The position numbers and the translations under genes were made by a program. A DNA stretch of 64,000 nucleotides. It comes from Bugula neritina. Taxonomy: Eukaryota > Animalia > Bryozoa. Location of the stretch: contig OZ037767.1 in NCBI GenBank assembly GCA_964035545.1, forward strand, positions 2,429,680 through 2,493,679, read 5' to 3'. Below are positions 48,701-63,212 of this stretch, in pieces. Positions within the stretch are counted from its first letter, which is position 1, and each line of letters begins with the position of its first letter. Below the pieces are notes generated by a model. That model made no database searches, was not told the DNA's origin, and saw nothing but the letters and a program-made list of their open reading frames with translations.

Positions 48701-51700
48701 CATTCTTCAGCTCCGATTCTATTTTTGCATTTATGATACTGGCGAACTTTGGGTCAAGGTCATCAAGGTCATCCAATCTGGGCAGAGTTTTGTCACTAGA
48801 AACAGAAAGTAGAAACTATCTGGTCTCAACAATCAACAACAAATAACAGGCCTGTTTGGGAAAAAGGGGAATCTATCAAAATATTTCCTTTCTTTATCAA
48901 CAAACACAGAAAAAAAATATATAAAAATACATCCTAGTTAAACCTTTACTACAAGCATAATGTAAGGATTTGTTGCCACCTAACCTAAATAGCGAACATG
49001 TGACTCATTGATAGCAACTAACTCCCTTTTTCCTGCGCAGTAAAATATATTATATTCTGAAGTTTCCATAAAAATACCATTGAGATGAACTCAACCAAAT
49101 GTATTCAACACATTTTCTTCCTTTTGCATTAAAGAATTTATGACTCTGATGCACCCATCTTTAATACATTACATGTATAAATTCACTAAACTTTGAATTT
49201 TTAATGAGATAAAAAAGTTCTGTTTGACATGAAATATACTGCAAATTTATTGAACTATTTCATAAAATTATCACCAAAAGGATATTATCTAGACTACATA
49301 TAAAGGGATGTTATCTACACTATATATGAAGAGATATTATCTACACTATATATAAAGGGATATTATCTACACTATATATAAAGGGATGTTATCTAGACTA
49401 TATATAAAGGGATGTTATCTAGACTATATATAAAGGGATGCTATCTAGACTATATATAAAGGGATGCTATCTAGACTACATATAAAGGGATGCTATCTAG
49501 ACTACATATAAAGGGATGTTATCTAGACTATATATAAAGGGATGCTATCTAGACTATATATAAAGAGATATTATCTAGACTACATATAAAGGGATGTTAT
49601 CTAGACTATATATAAAGGGATGTTATCTAGATTATATATAAAGGGATGTTATCTAGACTATATATAAAGGGATGCTATCTAGACTACATATAAAGGGATG
49701 CTATCTAGACTACATATAAAGGGATGCTATCTAGACTACATATAAAGGGATGCTATCTAGACTATATATAAAGGGATATTATCTAGACTACATATAAAGG
49801 GATGTTATCTACACTATACACAGCAGGATATGAACGTTAAACCTACGCCTTGACAAGAGGAATAGAGTCTACGGAAAAGGGCCACCACCGCTGCTCTATC
49901 CTAGGTCTCGCTGCCGCAGGTGCTGCCGGCTTAGGCCGGGCAGCCTTTACTGGTTTGGAGCTGCCAGTTTGCTCAGATTTGGGTTCAACAATCCAGATCT
50001 GTCTGCCAAACGGCCCTCTGATGACCACCTTGACAGTGTTGGGTTCCTGTGTACCTAGTATAGATGGGTATACATGTAGAACAGACAGAGGAATAGACAC
50101 ACAGACAGACACACACACAGACAGACACGCAGACAGACAAGCATACACACAGACAAACAGACAGACAAGCATACACACAGACAGACACACAGAGAGTGAT
50201 TTAAAATATAATTTGAAACTAAAACAGGTGAATACATAACTTAATATTTCTTACTTTGTAGAGATTTCTTGTTTTGCTCTAAGACGGCTAGTATAGTGAG
50301 GTTGTTCAGAGAAAAGTATTTGAAATTTGAGAAATCTTCAGAAAGATCTTTTTCTGACAAAGTTGAATAAAGACTCTCTGGTCCACACGGGGAGGGAAAC
50401 GAATCCTAAATACAGGAAATGTAAGTCAGCATCTAGAAGAGTCAGCGAATACTAAATATTTAGTATTTAGTACTAGGCAGCAATTGTGGCTTAGTGATTA
50501 GAGCAGTAGCGCAGTAAACAAAGTCAGAGGTTCTAAAAACAGTAAATACTATTGGTAATGTTAGGAAGAGCATTCAGTAATTATTGCTTCTTTTCCACAA
50601 TAATAAGCAAGTCCTTAGCCTGATTTTAGAACCCTTTCTATGCTCACAGCAACTCTAAAACCATATGAGTTATTTAGTACTGAGTACTAAATATTTGGTT
50701 AGTACTCAGTAGTTAGTCCTTAGTGTTTAGTATCTAGACTGTAGTTATAAGTACCAAGTAGTGAGTACTAGCAGTCTATGCAGTCACTATGTAAGTCAAA
50801 GTCCAAAACAATTGCTGAGAGCAGTCAGTATTTACATTCATACTCTGTGGTTTCTAGTAGAAAACTTTCAACATGCTGGGACAAACAACAAGGAGATATT
50901 ATATAATTAAATTAAAGTCAATCTTTTAGTAAAATATCAAGTTTTGGACAATAATTCTAAACTGTTTTCAAACTAAAACCATAATAAAAATTATGGAAAA
51001 ATTACATGAATATAATAGAATGAAAGAATTGTTTTGAAATTAAGAAAATAATAGATTATAGCCAAGTGGAGGCAAATCTTTCCTTACCACTTGATCTGTA
51101 ATACACATGAGCAGAGCCTCTGCTGCATCCTTCACCTTCAAAGACATGGGGAGGTGCTCTTTAGCCCCTTTCATTAGCACTTCTTGAGAATTAGGCTACA
51201 AATTAAAGTGATTCAGTCAGTCATTAGAGTTGTATTCTTGCATGAGTCATGCGTGACTTGACTTATCAAACTGATTCAGTTATAAACTGGATACTCAGTT
51301 TTACACTGCTAACTATGACTCAAAGCTAAAAGCGATTAAGAAATGTGTAATAATGATTAGAACTGGTCAGTTCCTTACACATTACTGGTTTATTATTCAT
51401 TCTGATAATATTGTCAATAGCTCCACATTTTGGAAGAACTTATGAGGTTAACTTATAAAAAAATAATACAAAATGTTTTCAAAAAACTAAATAAAAGTAA
51501 CAATGTGTATGACGCAATAATTTTTACATAATGGCACTAATTTTATATTTTATTCTTATTTTAATATTAGATTATATTTTTATCAACTAAATATTGTATT
51601 AATATGTATAAGCTAACATTAGTCACTGGGTAAAAATTATCCAATCCCATTGCATGTAATATGTAAGTTAATCAATAATGACCTGGCGTGATCTCTTGCC

Positions 51701-54700
51701 GGAAATTCCGAGTTCGACAACCTCTAACACAGTGTAAAGGCATTCCTTGTCTTGTAGAAGGGTGTGTTCCAGTAACCACTGAGATAGGCAGTGCAGAGCT
51801 GCTAGTATCATTGAATGTAAATTTCTACAAAAGACGTAAAATTCCAAAAGTTTAGTACATAAAATTATATACCTCACTATTATATTATATTATTATGTTA
51901 TTTTATGTAATGTTATTATCTTATATTGTTATATCATTTTGTATTATAACTTTATATTATATCATCTTGCATTAGTACATAATATAATATTGAATATTAC
52001 ATTGTATTATAAAGTAAATATTATAACACACAAGCATTAAAATTAAATGGAAAGCAAGAAATAAATAGTTTCAAAAAATAAATCATCAACAGATGGATTT
52101 TGGTTGCAAAAAGCTGTGAAGTTTTCTTTATAAATATTTAAAAAATATGAAAGCTTATCTTTGATATGTAATCAAGTGTTAATTGTCACTTTAACATTCT
52201 TCAGTAATTATATTATATTATACAATATATATTATATTATATTATATTATACAATATATATTATATTATATTATACAATATATATTATATTATATATATA
52301 TTACATCAAATTCACATTTGAAATCAAGAAATACTAAGACACTTGGAACTTATAAAGCAAGTACTGGGACCACAAATCCCTACATGGAAAGCATACAGCT
52401 GTATTTTAGGAAGTATCATCAACATTGGGCTAAAGTTCAAATTGACTTCGAAAGATAAACAAACAAATAATAAACAATCAGTACCTAGTTTGAGGTCTTA
52501 CCTAGTCTGATTCTGTGGGGGACGGCTGCAAAGAAACCCGATAAATTTACAGAGTTGACTGACAGTCTCTTTGCACATGGCTATGTTCACAATCAGCAGC
52601 TTCACTCTAGCGAAGGAGGCAAGAAGTTCGAGAGCTCCGATAGCGAGAGAATAGTCAGTCCACCAATCAGAGATCAGCGCAGAGCAGATCTGTTTAGTAG
52701 CAGTCAGCAGCACCCCGGTAGCGGAACCTAACCAGTTATATAACAGTAGAGTCAGCGACAGCAGCTAGAGTAACACTTATAAACACTAATTATCTTTCTG
52801 AACTCAGTTGCATCAACATAAGTCCAGATAGAAAAAGGCATATCAATATCCAATTTTGTTTAAACCTTTGTTTTAGCTTCTAAAACAATGTCTGGATCTT
52901 TATACAGTTGAAATTTCTAATAACTAAAAATACATTTACTATCAGAAATACCATTTTACAAAACATTCTAACTTTAAAGGATAAATTTCAAATTATATGA
53001 AATGAAAACACAATATATTAATTTAGTTTGTAACGAACTGCAGTCATCTGTGATACGGCTAGTAGGCCTTCTTAGTATGACATCTGGGGGAGGCATCGGA
53101 GGAGGTGGAATGTCGGGTTCAGCAAGGTTGTCACTGCTAGCATAGCTGAGTGAGTCAGGAGTAGAGAGGGTATACTGCTCTTGACTCGTGCATGATGTCA
53201 CTGAGCTGAGCTTCTCCTGCTCTCTCACTTCGTGGGTGGCCATGTCTTGCACAATAAGAGCAAGGGCACCTGTTGAGATAAATATAACTCCATATACCAT
53301 TAGTGATTAGAGTACTGTTGACAGGCTACCTGCTAAGAAATGACATTCAATGCATGCTGTTGACATGTTTTAACTAAATTAAGTTTTTTTTATTAAGAGA
53401 GCACCTGTTGACAAATGTCATCTTCCTTCTACTAAACTAAATATTAAGAGAGCACCTGTTGACAGGACACATCTTCTCTCTACTAGACTAGATATTAAGG
53501 GAGCACCTGTTGGCAGGTGACATCTTCTCTCTGCTAGACTAGATATTGAGAAAGCACCTGTTGGCAGGTGACATCTTCTCTCTACTAGACTAGCTATTGA
53601 GAGAGCACCTGCTGTATATAGTGAATAAGAAGGGTATTTACCAAGTAGCATGTTGGAGTTGCTACTATCCTTTTCAAAGGTGAGTGCGTTTAGAATCAGC
53701 TGAGCTAGTCTAGACTTCAGTGACATGTAAGTATAGAGCTTCTCTCCAGAGTAGAGATCTAGCAAAGAGTATATATGACACGTAATATATATTAAAATAT
53801 ACCAAAGAGCATATATTTTATATTATTTTCACATCTATGTCTACATTGTACTGATGAAGTTGCTTATATTCCACACCTTATACTAATACTTCTTTTATCA
53901 ATTTTATTTAAACCTTCATTTTTTGCCGATATGAGTTACACAGGAAATGCAGCAAAAATAATAGACTATTTATAGCCAGCTGTAAGAAGTGTCGTCCTAC
54001 CTTTGATCTCTACATTGTTGTAGTGAAATGGAAGAGACAGAATAGACAAGAGGATGTGAATGCAAGCCTTCCTCAGCTCCACCTCAGGTAGCCGATCATG
54101 AATACTACAAACAAAAATGTCATCATAGTATAATATTAGTGGCAGCAGAAATAAGGGCAGCAGCAGTAATAGCAGTAGTATCAGCAATGGTGACAGCAGT
54201 AGTATCAGTAATAGCAGTAAAGATCAAGACAGCAAAAGTTACCATAATAGTTAGAAAAATACAAGTAATAATAGAATGCAATAAAAACAGATATGGTAAT
54301 CTATAGCATCTCAACATGTCATATGCCAATATCTAATCGCAAGATTTACAATCGAGCAAATTATATATTGTGTTGCAATGAAGCCGTGAAATATTGTGAT
54401 TTTCACCTGAATGCTCATACTGTACTGCCAATGATAAACTTTTCTTTAAATAATTTAATTTCAAGCTTTATAACTATGTGCAAAACATCTTTATCTTTTT
54501 GTAGAAGTGATAGACATAACATATTATGTATACTAACTAGAGTTGGTTTGCACCAGTGGCTAACACACATTCGAGGGCCGGCAGTATTTTGGGTAGAAGT
54601 ATATTAACTCCCGGCAAATCCACTCGAAACATGTCTGCCATGTGAAACAGGGTCAGCGTCATTACGCTGCCATTAAACGGCTGCAAACAAACAAAAACAA

Positions 54701-57700
54701 GAATAAATATAAACATTCAATGAACAAGTCAGTAATTCAGATATAATTTGTACAGACGAGACATCAGATGATTGGTTTAAGGAGTTGTCTTTCTTGTGAC
54801 AAAAGACAACTCTTGGAAATGTCATTTTGATTTGAGTTCAATTTAGAAAGCACTAAGTAATTCAACGTAAAAGAAATAAGGAAAATTTTCACAGTAGCTA
54901 CAAACCCTAAAATCAAAAACATTATTTATCCCAATAAATTGTAGAGGCTTCAAATAAAAACTAGTAGAAACAGCAACTCCTGTAGCTAAATCTAGTTTTT
55001 ACTATAAAACCCAAATAAAATTTCTAAAATATAAACCCTGCCAAGGTCAACGTACCGCACTTAATGCGTCGTAAAGCGTCATGTAAGATCGAGCAATGTA
55101 AATGGGTTGAATAATCTCCCCTGCTTTCTTAGTACACATCAGTCTAGCAATAGCACCACAAGCCTCAGCTCTGCCACTATCAAAGTTAAGTTGGTCCGAG
55201 AGGTTTGTGTTACTGCTCGGACTAGCTATAGAACCTGCTCGCTGAGATATGCTCCCTGTAAAAGAGAGGACAACTCTACTGCACACAGCGTCTATTTTAA
55301 GAAGTGATACGTTCTCAGCCTATTGAAATTGAGCTCTGTTCTCAGACTACAACAACTAAAATCTCACATCAAGTCAGAGTAGAATGAGGTGTGTTCATAT
55401 ATTAGAGCATTCTACTTATTATTTCAAGTCATGATTTAGTTATTGTTATAGAATGTACAGACTGAAAATAATTTAATAGAAGAAATTTCAATAGCCCAAG
55501 TTCTTTGATTGCTTTTATGAACTTTTGGGTCGGGCTGATGATTGAGAATTCCATGAGAGCATAACTTCTTTTGCTATATTTCTATAATATATGTTTTTCT
55601 CAAGCTCTGCAGTACTGCAATCTTTTCAAAAAAATAAATTGCTCTTAAATAAAGAGGAAAAATAGATTAGAGTGTGTTCTTTATTTGTCAAAGTTTTCCC
55701 ATTTGATTTCCAAAACTTTATCGTTTAAAAAACAGTAAAAAAATTTCTGAGAGCTCAATAGACCTACAAACCTTCATTTATATGTAAGCCAGCATGTGGC
55801 TAGACCCCCTCCCCCTCCCACTAGCAAGTGTGCACAAAACACTAAACTGTGAGATTAATACATGGCACTTTTTACATTCGTCATGCAAAGCAACACTCAA
55901 CAAATAAAAAGCCGTGTAACAGCTAAGCTTGAGGGTTGTGTAGAAAGTGCCTGAGATCTAAGACTAATATATAGTGTTTAAGATCAGCACGTGTAACCCC
56001 CACCCGAAACTAAAAGATAGAATTGCATACAGTAATATACAATAAGCTTTCAGTGAATAAAAGAGTGCTGGACTGATTCACGCCAAACCGCAATAAAACC
56101 AAAGCGAATCACCTCTCAGGTATCTTTCTACAAAATGCAGTCTCTACGTATCAACAGGTTGGATAAACTTTGTTGAGTTTGTGTTGAGTGAGTGAGATGT
56201 ATTCTACACAAGACATTATGCAGCAAAGGAATGTAAAAAGTTTTTATTTTGTTTGAATAAATTCCTAGCGGAAGATGGCAACAGGGAACGTGAAATGTGG
56301 GGAGAAAACTCTCAGCTAGTTGATCTAAAATTCTGCAACTCTGAAAAAAATTGAGGAACGTTTCTTTGACTATTACTAAAATATTTTTAGGCTAATTAGC
56401 TATTTTACCTGCACTTTACGCATACTTTACCTGCACTTTACTCATACGTTACCTGCACTCTAGACTGGAATAGGTGAACATACCTGGGCGTTTTCTCTTG
56501 TTAACTGTATGGCACATGGCAGCTTCAAATAGCCACATCCCCAACACATTGAGAATGCTGTTGATGCTGGACCTATCAGGAGATGGTAGGGGGCGGGATG
56601 CATATTCTAGTGAGCCACCCGTAGTCTGATTAGATGCTTGCATAGAGGCTATAATAGATGGTATGACAGAGCTAGCACCGTGCTGTTTACTCGGAGAAGT
56701 CAACTTGTTGCTGTTACCTGAAATCCACAGAGCGCTAGTGTTTCAGTAAGGCACAGCAACAAAGTAATTTTTTATAGCATAATGTTTGAATACGAGAAGA
56801 TAACTCTGGACAAGTTGTACAAAAATAGGATAAAAAACACCTACATTTGTTATAGTGTTAAACTAGTTTTTTAAACAATCATTACATTAAAATGAAATGT
56901 GGGCGTAATGTCACAAAGCAATTTTATCTACTAAATACAGAGAGATAAGCTCATTTGATAGTCAAAAGATTTCGCCAGTCGTGTACTTCCTGCTTCAGCT
57001 AGGAAGACTCTCAGATTCAACTCATAACAAATAGTACTAAAACTCATTGTGTTACTTAAAAATATTTCCGCCAATTGGTGGAAGGCTGCCAGATACGCCC
57101 CGACATGTGGGTGACAATAGCCCGCAGTTTATTTTTAGCAGCGGGTAATCACTGACAGTCTATGCTGGTAGATCCACTGCCAGTTGCTTTAAAAACTGGT
57201 TAGAAAACGAAAACAGTGTACTACAAGTTGCTAGTAGAAAGCAATTGGAAACACGGGAAACTGAGAGTTACTGTGCGGAGGCATATAAGCTCTTTAAATA
57301 CACAATAACAGTAAATTATTATAAAAAAAATACTAGAAATTATTATAAGTGAAGAAACAGGGATGAAGGAGTGAATATGTGGTGCAGTGAAAAGGAAAAT
57401 CCCTGGAGCATTATGAAATTCTATTGGTTGATTCATGCAACTGTGAGATGTGAAAGGAGTTATCTTCACATGCAACAAGTATGGTATACCATTGCTGTCA
57501 GCAGCGGCAGCACTAGGCAGTACTGGCAGCTGAACTATAGAGGGGATAACTACCAAACCTGAATAGATATACATGTCTGAGTAAATACTGTAAATACATT
57601 TTTTTAGTAGGTGCTTATAATGCTGAGAAAAAATGCTGCAAGATGATATCAAAAGAATATGAGGTTAGCATGTGGCTGTATTGCATTGGCAAACCTATAG

Positions 57701-60526
57701 AATAGCCATGCTGATAAAAGGAAGGGTGGTAAAGCACTGTTCGCACACCAACAATCAACTAGAGAGTAGAAAATAAGTCTACAGAATTGATTCTGTGGAA
57801 CATAATGATTAAAAAGGCTACCAATCCGTCTACAAAGCCAATAAACTATTTAATATAAACATAGCGTGTTCATTTGTTCATACAACGACATTTCATAAAA
57901 GTACGAAGCTGTATATACATGAAGCTTTAAAAAGAGAATTTCACAGACAGACACACAGACAGACACACAGACAGACAAGTTTACGGATACATACTGGCCA
58001 CTACACTGGTGGATTTTAAGTGCCTGGAAAGTGGTGGTGTATGAGCAGTAGAAACAGAGGCACTGCTAGAAGTGGATGCTTTAGAACTACGAAGGGGGTT
58101 ATTGCTGCTGCTAAAATCTTTGTTTCTTTGCGGCTGACGAACCCCTACAAAGTAATGTCAGAAGAGCTGTGCTCGACAAGCATGCGGACAGAAAAAGCTC
58201 GTGCAACTCTCTTTCTTACAACTTGATGCCAAAATACTAACACAAATTCACTTTGAATGCCAAACAAACCGTCACAAAGCTGCAATACGGCTCAAATTAT
58301 AGGAGAATAATTTTAAATTTAATTCAAATCATTATTAGTATTGGCATTGTGGCACCTTGTGTAATCCATGCATTAAAGAACAATAGGTTATAGTGTGGGG
58401 TGGAGAGAGTAAAGCATCTATGTTCTAGAACATTCTACTGACTGGCCACTAGATGTCACTAGTAAGCTAAGCAAATCATCGCTGCAACAGCACTAACTAA
58501 ATTTCTACTTTTAGCTTTAATTTTTATGGTAGTTGTCTTCTTTTCAGAGACAATGTACGCAGCACTGGTTTACTGCACTAGAGTACTGCCGAATAACTAG
58601 CAGGTTATATAATATTAGTAATGCTCCAGTTTAATGCGTGTGTACATAGCAACAGGTGTCTCTGATACAATTAGCTAATAAAATACTATACACTAAATTA
58701 GCTGTAATTACTACAAATTAAACAGGTGCCTTAGCCAATCACTTGCTGGGTGTGTCACAGATTTGAAGTTGAACTGTTAGTAAATCACACAGAGAAAAAG
58801 TTGGTAAAGAGACAATCCATAACACAGTTGAGAAAAAATTTGTAACCTCTCATGTGATTGGTCACAGCAGTAGAAAGTGACCAAATAGAGTGGCTGTAAC
58901 ACATACCAAGAAAACCATCCATTAAGTTAGCAATGCCCTTCATTGCTTTGTAGAATATTGCAGGTAACTGCTGTAGACACTCGTGTTGAGTCGGTTCAAT
59001 TACCTGCAAAATAATCATCAGACTACTTCATGACAAAAACAATTTGATACACATTCTAGTAAGAAATTGAAACACAATATCTATAGAAGGGGTATACTTA
59101 TAGTTTTTATTAGCTGTAACATTACTGTATAATAGGAATCAAATTAGTTGAAAGTCGTTTTATAATTTTAATATAGAAAAGCAGCTATAACTGCTTTTAC
59201 AGTCGAATTTATAAAACATGACAATAGATTAATAGATACCTCTAAAGTTGCATAGATATTTACAAAAAATAAAATAGTATCAGTTGCTGCTATTAAATAA
59301 ATATCAGAGAGAATCTTACCTTCTCACTAGCGAGAGCATGATGTAAGAATTTTGGAGTTTCGCTGATGACTTCCACTCTACACAGATCTACGGGGTTGCT
59401 GAGGACGTGGAGGAATCTGAACCAACACTGGACGAGGCAGTCATCGTTCAGTTTGCTGACACAATCTTTGGTGAGGCTACTAACGACAGCTTTGTCAGCT
59501 AGACCTACCAACCAACAGCAACTATAATCTAATAACTCATAATAGTTGTCCCACCACGAGGAAACAACTACTAATAAGCAGATACGGGGAGAAGATACAC
59601 AAGAAATTTTCTATTTTGTAAATATAGTATAAAAATAACTTACCACTCAGTTAAATAGATTTAAAAATTTTGAAATGTATTTTCAATCGACTTCTTTAGA
59701 TCTAATATTCCACACTTCAAAGTTTCAACAACAAAAATTGTACAAATTTAACATTTTCAATATTGTTTCTAAAAATGAAGCATTTTCAAATAATAAAAAT
59801 AGATCCAAGTTATTTTAAATGTGACTTGGAATTTACAGTCAAAATTATCCAAACTAGATTATTCGTACTACCCAAGACTAAACTACAACTACTAAACACA
59901 GGTCTTGAAATCCGGTAAAAATACCAAAAAAGAGTGTTTTATAGTCATAATCGTAACTTAAAGAGACTGAACAGTTATGAAAAACTGCCTACGATGGCTT
60001 CATCAACTACTCTTATGAGATTTGACGGTTTTGCTACACAAACCTTGCGCAATCAATATTTACTGCAGACCATAAATAGCCCCGTAATGTGGACTAAGAG
60101 CATAAAAATGGCGCCCCTTCCATTTTAATATTCATTCTATCCTTATTATATATCCAACCAAACTACAAGTTGAGGCTATTTTAGGACTATTGGTACGTTA
60201 TTTTAGCAATACAGGCTGAATAAATAATAACTAAAACACATTTTATCACTAAAACTGAATTCATACCTATGACAATAGATGGATGGTCAGGGCCGTAGAG
60301 TTTGACTAGCAATGGGCCAATCAGAGCGTAGTTAACACGACACCACTGAGTGATGACGGCTTCATGATGTCTCCAGTTGGCACACATATCTCTAAACGTC
60401 CTCCACAGAGACGGAACAGGAAATGATGTCGAACAGGAGAGCAGCCACATCTCAAAGAGGACAGATACCATTCTCTCTGACAGCTCATCACTAATTCCGT
60501 CTGCAACACCACATGTGGATTTGAGA

Positions 60527-60594
<68 letters not shown>

Positions 60595-60612
60595 ATTATA
60601 TATATATATAAT

Positions 60613-60703
<91 letters not shown>

Positions 60704-63200
60704 TCTCAAATTCACTTTGCATATGTTTACCAAATGTATTGTATCATACATATCACAGGAAACGAAATAAAGCATAATATAAATACTAAATATTAGTATT
60801 AGACGTAATATAGCAATGCACAAGACATGTGGGGTAATGTCATGGTATACTTGGGTAACGAAATAGTACAGAATACTAAAGCAACAATATATATGATATA
60901 TATGAAAACAGTTGTGACAAACAATACAAATGACTTGATATCTATAAAACAAGTAGAAATTAAAGAAATGAATATGAAATAAATTGAAAAGTTAAAGCCG
61001 TATGCTAAGGCTAATTTTGGCACCAAGCTTCACAGTAGCGGCTGAGGCTAAGTAATTTTGCAGGAAAATTTCAAAAAAGAATTTACAAATTTATAGTTGA
61101 ATTTTATGAACTGTAAGCATTTGCCAGCTCTGAGCGCCAGAACAAGGTTATTACTTGCAGGCAATTAGTATGATATATCTCAACTAGTACCGCAATACGT
61201 CTACAGAAAGTTGTACTTACCGTCAGCAACTGGACATACAACAACAAAACATTTGTACAAACAATGTATAGCAACAGTTTTATATTCAAACAAAAACATT
61301 CTACAGCTAGAAAATAAAAGATATCAGGCAAATACTTTGGAGAATTCGACTAATATCAGTAACAGTTCATCATATACAATGGAGAATGGCTTAATAATTA
61401 GTCTATGATAACAAATATGTAATACATATAATATTATACACAGTATAACTATAATAAATGTTCTTAAACTACAACGTATATAGGAAATTATGGTGAAAGT
61501 TGTTAAAAAAGCATCTCATACAAAGAGATAAGTTTTATACAAAATACCACAAAATGTTTTTGGGTTTTATAAACACGATAGTCTGTATTTTTGTCCTTTC
61601 AACATATCAACTGTATTAACCTCTTTTGTAGAAAGACAGCTATTAAAATGCATCACAGTTTTGTTAAAAACAAGTTTGAAATTGTAGAGCCTAAAGTTTT
61701 TATTTATAAAACATGTTACCTTTTTCTCGAGGAGGTGCTAGCAGAGTGTCAGTGGTAGCAAGAAGGAACTTTAGTATAGCCTCCCACAGTTCTCTGTTTA
61801 ACAAGTTAGACTCCTTGGCTATAGTCTCTAACATCCGCAGAGCTCTGTGACACAACATAGCTTGTCTGTTCACTTGGTCGACACCTGCAGAGAGAGCAGA
61901 CGTTAGAGCAGAAGGTCCAACAGATACTGCAGCAGACAGTGCAGATGACACTGCAGCAGACAGTGCAGAAGGCAATGTAGAAAAAACCGCAGCAGACACT
62001 GCAGAAAACAGTGCAGCAGAGTATATATAAATTTCTCTGCAAGTCATTGTGACAATAAACATGGCTCTATTGAAACTAAAACAACTTTTTTAAACCAATT
62101 AAATGTTACATGTTGCCATTTTGAGAGTACAAAATTGCTATACAAAATTTATATTACCAATATGAGTTACTATATTCACCAGTGAGAAATTATTACTGCA
62201 TGAAACATAAACAAGAGACATAATAGATGAATAATCCAGTAACAGTTTTACGCAATTCCCGATTAGTGAAAGTGAAAGGTGGGTGTAGCCTAAGGACCTA
62301 CTCGACTTCTCTCTGGGTACGAAGAGGTTGTAGAGGTGTGACAGCATCTTAGTAGAGAAGGTGATTGGGGCCTCAACTACAGGTTTAGGAACGCACATTT
62401 TCTTCCTGATGAGGCAACCCGACATCCACTCACAGTATATGTTGACACACTCCTTCAGGATGTCGTGCTCTGTGAATGGCAGTGTCAGTCCCTGACAAAT
62501 CACCTGCAACACATGTCAGTCAGCGCTTTGCTAAAGTAGATGAGAGACAGCATTGACCTCTATTTTACTGCAATAAAATCTTACACTGACACATGGACCT
62601 CTCCTGTTAGAGCTCTCTAGACATCAAGGAATTGATTAGACAGAATTTTTCTAAGCTGTAGTGCATTTTTAAAAAAATTTTAACTTGGAATTTCTCCTAT
62701 TATATAACATTAAATAGATATTAAAACCCCATCTTTTACAAATCTATAGAATCTAATCATGAGATTCTCTTAGTAAAGTCATCCAGCAATTGGTGAGCAT
62801 CAGCTGCAATACTAAACAACAGCAAGAGTGGTTTTTAGATTTAGAGATCTCAAATTAACTTGCAATGCCAAACTTCAAAACTGATACAATCAAACTCAAA
62901 AGGAAATTTTTGAAACCAAATTAAAAAATACCTTCACAATATTTTGTAAACATAGCCTTATTTCTCATAGATGGAAAGCGGGGAGTGAGATGTACCCACC
63001 TCCATCGTCCAGTTGACCTCATCTATGGAATACAGTTTACTCGGCTGATCTACAGTGTTTATGCTGAGACCTTGTGATATGTTCTTCACAATAGGGATGA
63101 TGATTTCCTTGCTCACCGCTGCCGGGAACCTTTTCAGCACACTCGTGTGACTGCTGTCACTCTGAATAGCTGTCTGCAGGGATACCCACTCCGAGTACAT
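42765..63200 (-). CDS. RALGAPB: Ral GTPase-activating protein subunit beta, about 1,740 aa with all exons, about 29 coding exons
   Basis: Exons 63000-63200, 62302-62503, 61720-61884, 60267-60500, 59320-59504, 58907-59003, 57995-58144, 57490-57558, 56484-56717, 55056-55255, 54538-54680, 54001-54104, 53642-53758, 53039-53269, 52502-52727, 51683-51824, 51088-51195, 50255-50405, 49847-50054, 48573-48795, 47921-48088, 47559-47700, 47167-47310, 46234-46929/46941, 45963-46133, 44761-44928, 43737-43860, 43069-43185, 42765-42873. All are phase-consistent. Diagnostic motifs: N-terminus [107 protein letters not shown]. Confidence 0.94.
43383..43555 (+). mobile_element. tRNA-headed SINE-like element (RALGAPB intron)
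   Basis: A-box-like GTGGTGAAAAGGTTAGAGC, B-box-like GAGTTTGACCC, and core ATTGGTGCTGTCAGAAAGAGCATCCAATTATAACTGCTTCT. Confidence 0.6.
49277..49818. repeat. 26-bp minisatellite (AAGGGATGTTATCTAGACTATATATA), about 21 copies
   Basis: Highly homogeneous tandem array ending about 30 bp from the donor at 49846. Confidence 0.95.
50082..50192. repeat. (CA/CAGA)n microsatellite
   Basis: Direct; explains the spurious C/V/L-rich ORFs around 49985-50237. Confidence 0.9.
50476..50670 (+). mobile_element. tRNA-headed SINE-like element (RALGAPB intron)
   Basis: A-box GTGGCTTAGTGATTAGAGC, B-box-like GGTTCTAAA, core ATTGGTAATGTTAGGAAGAGCATTCAG, and tail AAGTCCTTAGCC..AGAACCCTTTC..CTCACAG. Confidence 0.6.
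53392..53612. repeat. 51-bp tandem repeat (about 4.3 units) in a RALGAPB intron
   Basis: GCACCTG core at 53401, 53452, 53503, 53554 and 53605. Confidence 0.9.
56405..56458. repeat. 22-bp tandem repeat carrying three CAG|GTAA donor-like motifs
   Basis: TTACCTGCAC at 56405, 56427 and 56449. Confidence 0.8.
60527..60702. repeat. Long (TA)n microsatellite
   Basis: About 175 bp of interrupted TA dinucleotide; source of the spurious Y/I ORFs. Confidence 0.97.
61888..62020. repeat. 12-bp-based repeat (GCAGCAGACAGT/GCAGA) upstream of a RALGAPB acceptor
   Basis: Repeated TCTGC/TCTGCAG motifs on the minus strand leading into the acceptor at 61884. Confidence 0.75.
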
Positions 63201-63212
63201 GCTGACATATGC

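Noticed and set aside
50255-50405. Suspected frameshift in a RALGAPB exon
   Set aside because: On re-reading, the frame is open ([37 protein letters not shown]).
60187-61026. Y/I-rich ORFs
   Set aside because: (TA)n microsatellite artefacts; only 60267-60500 is a real exon.
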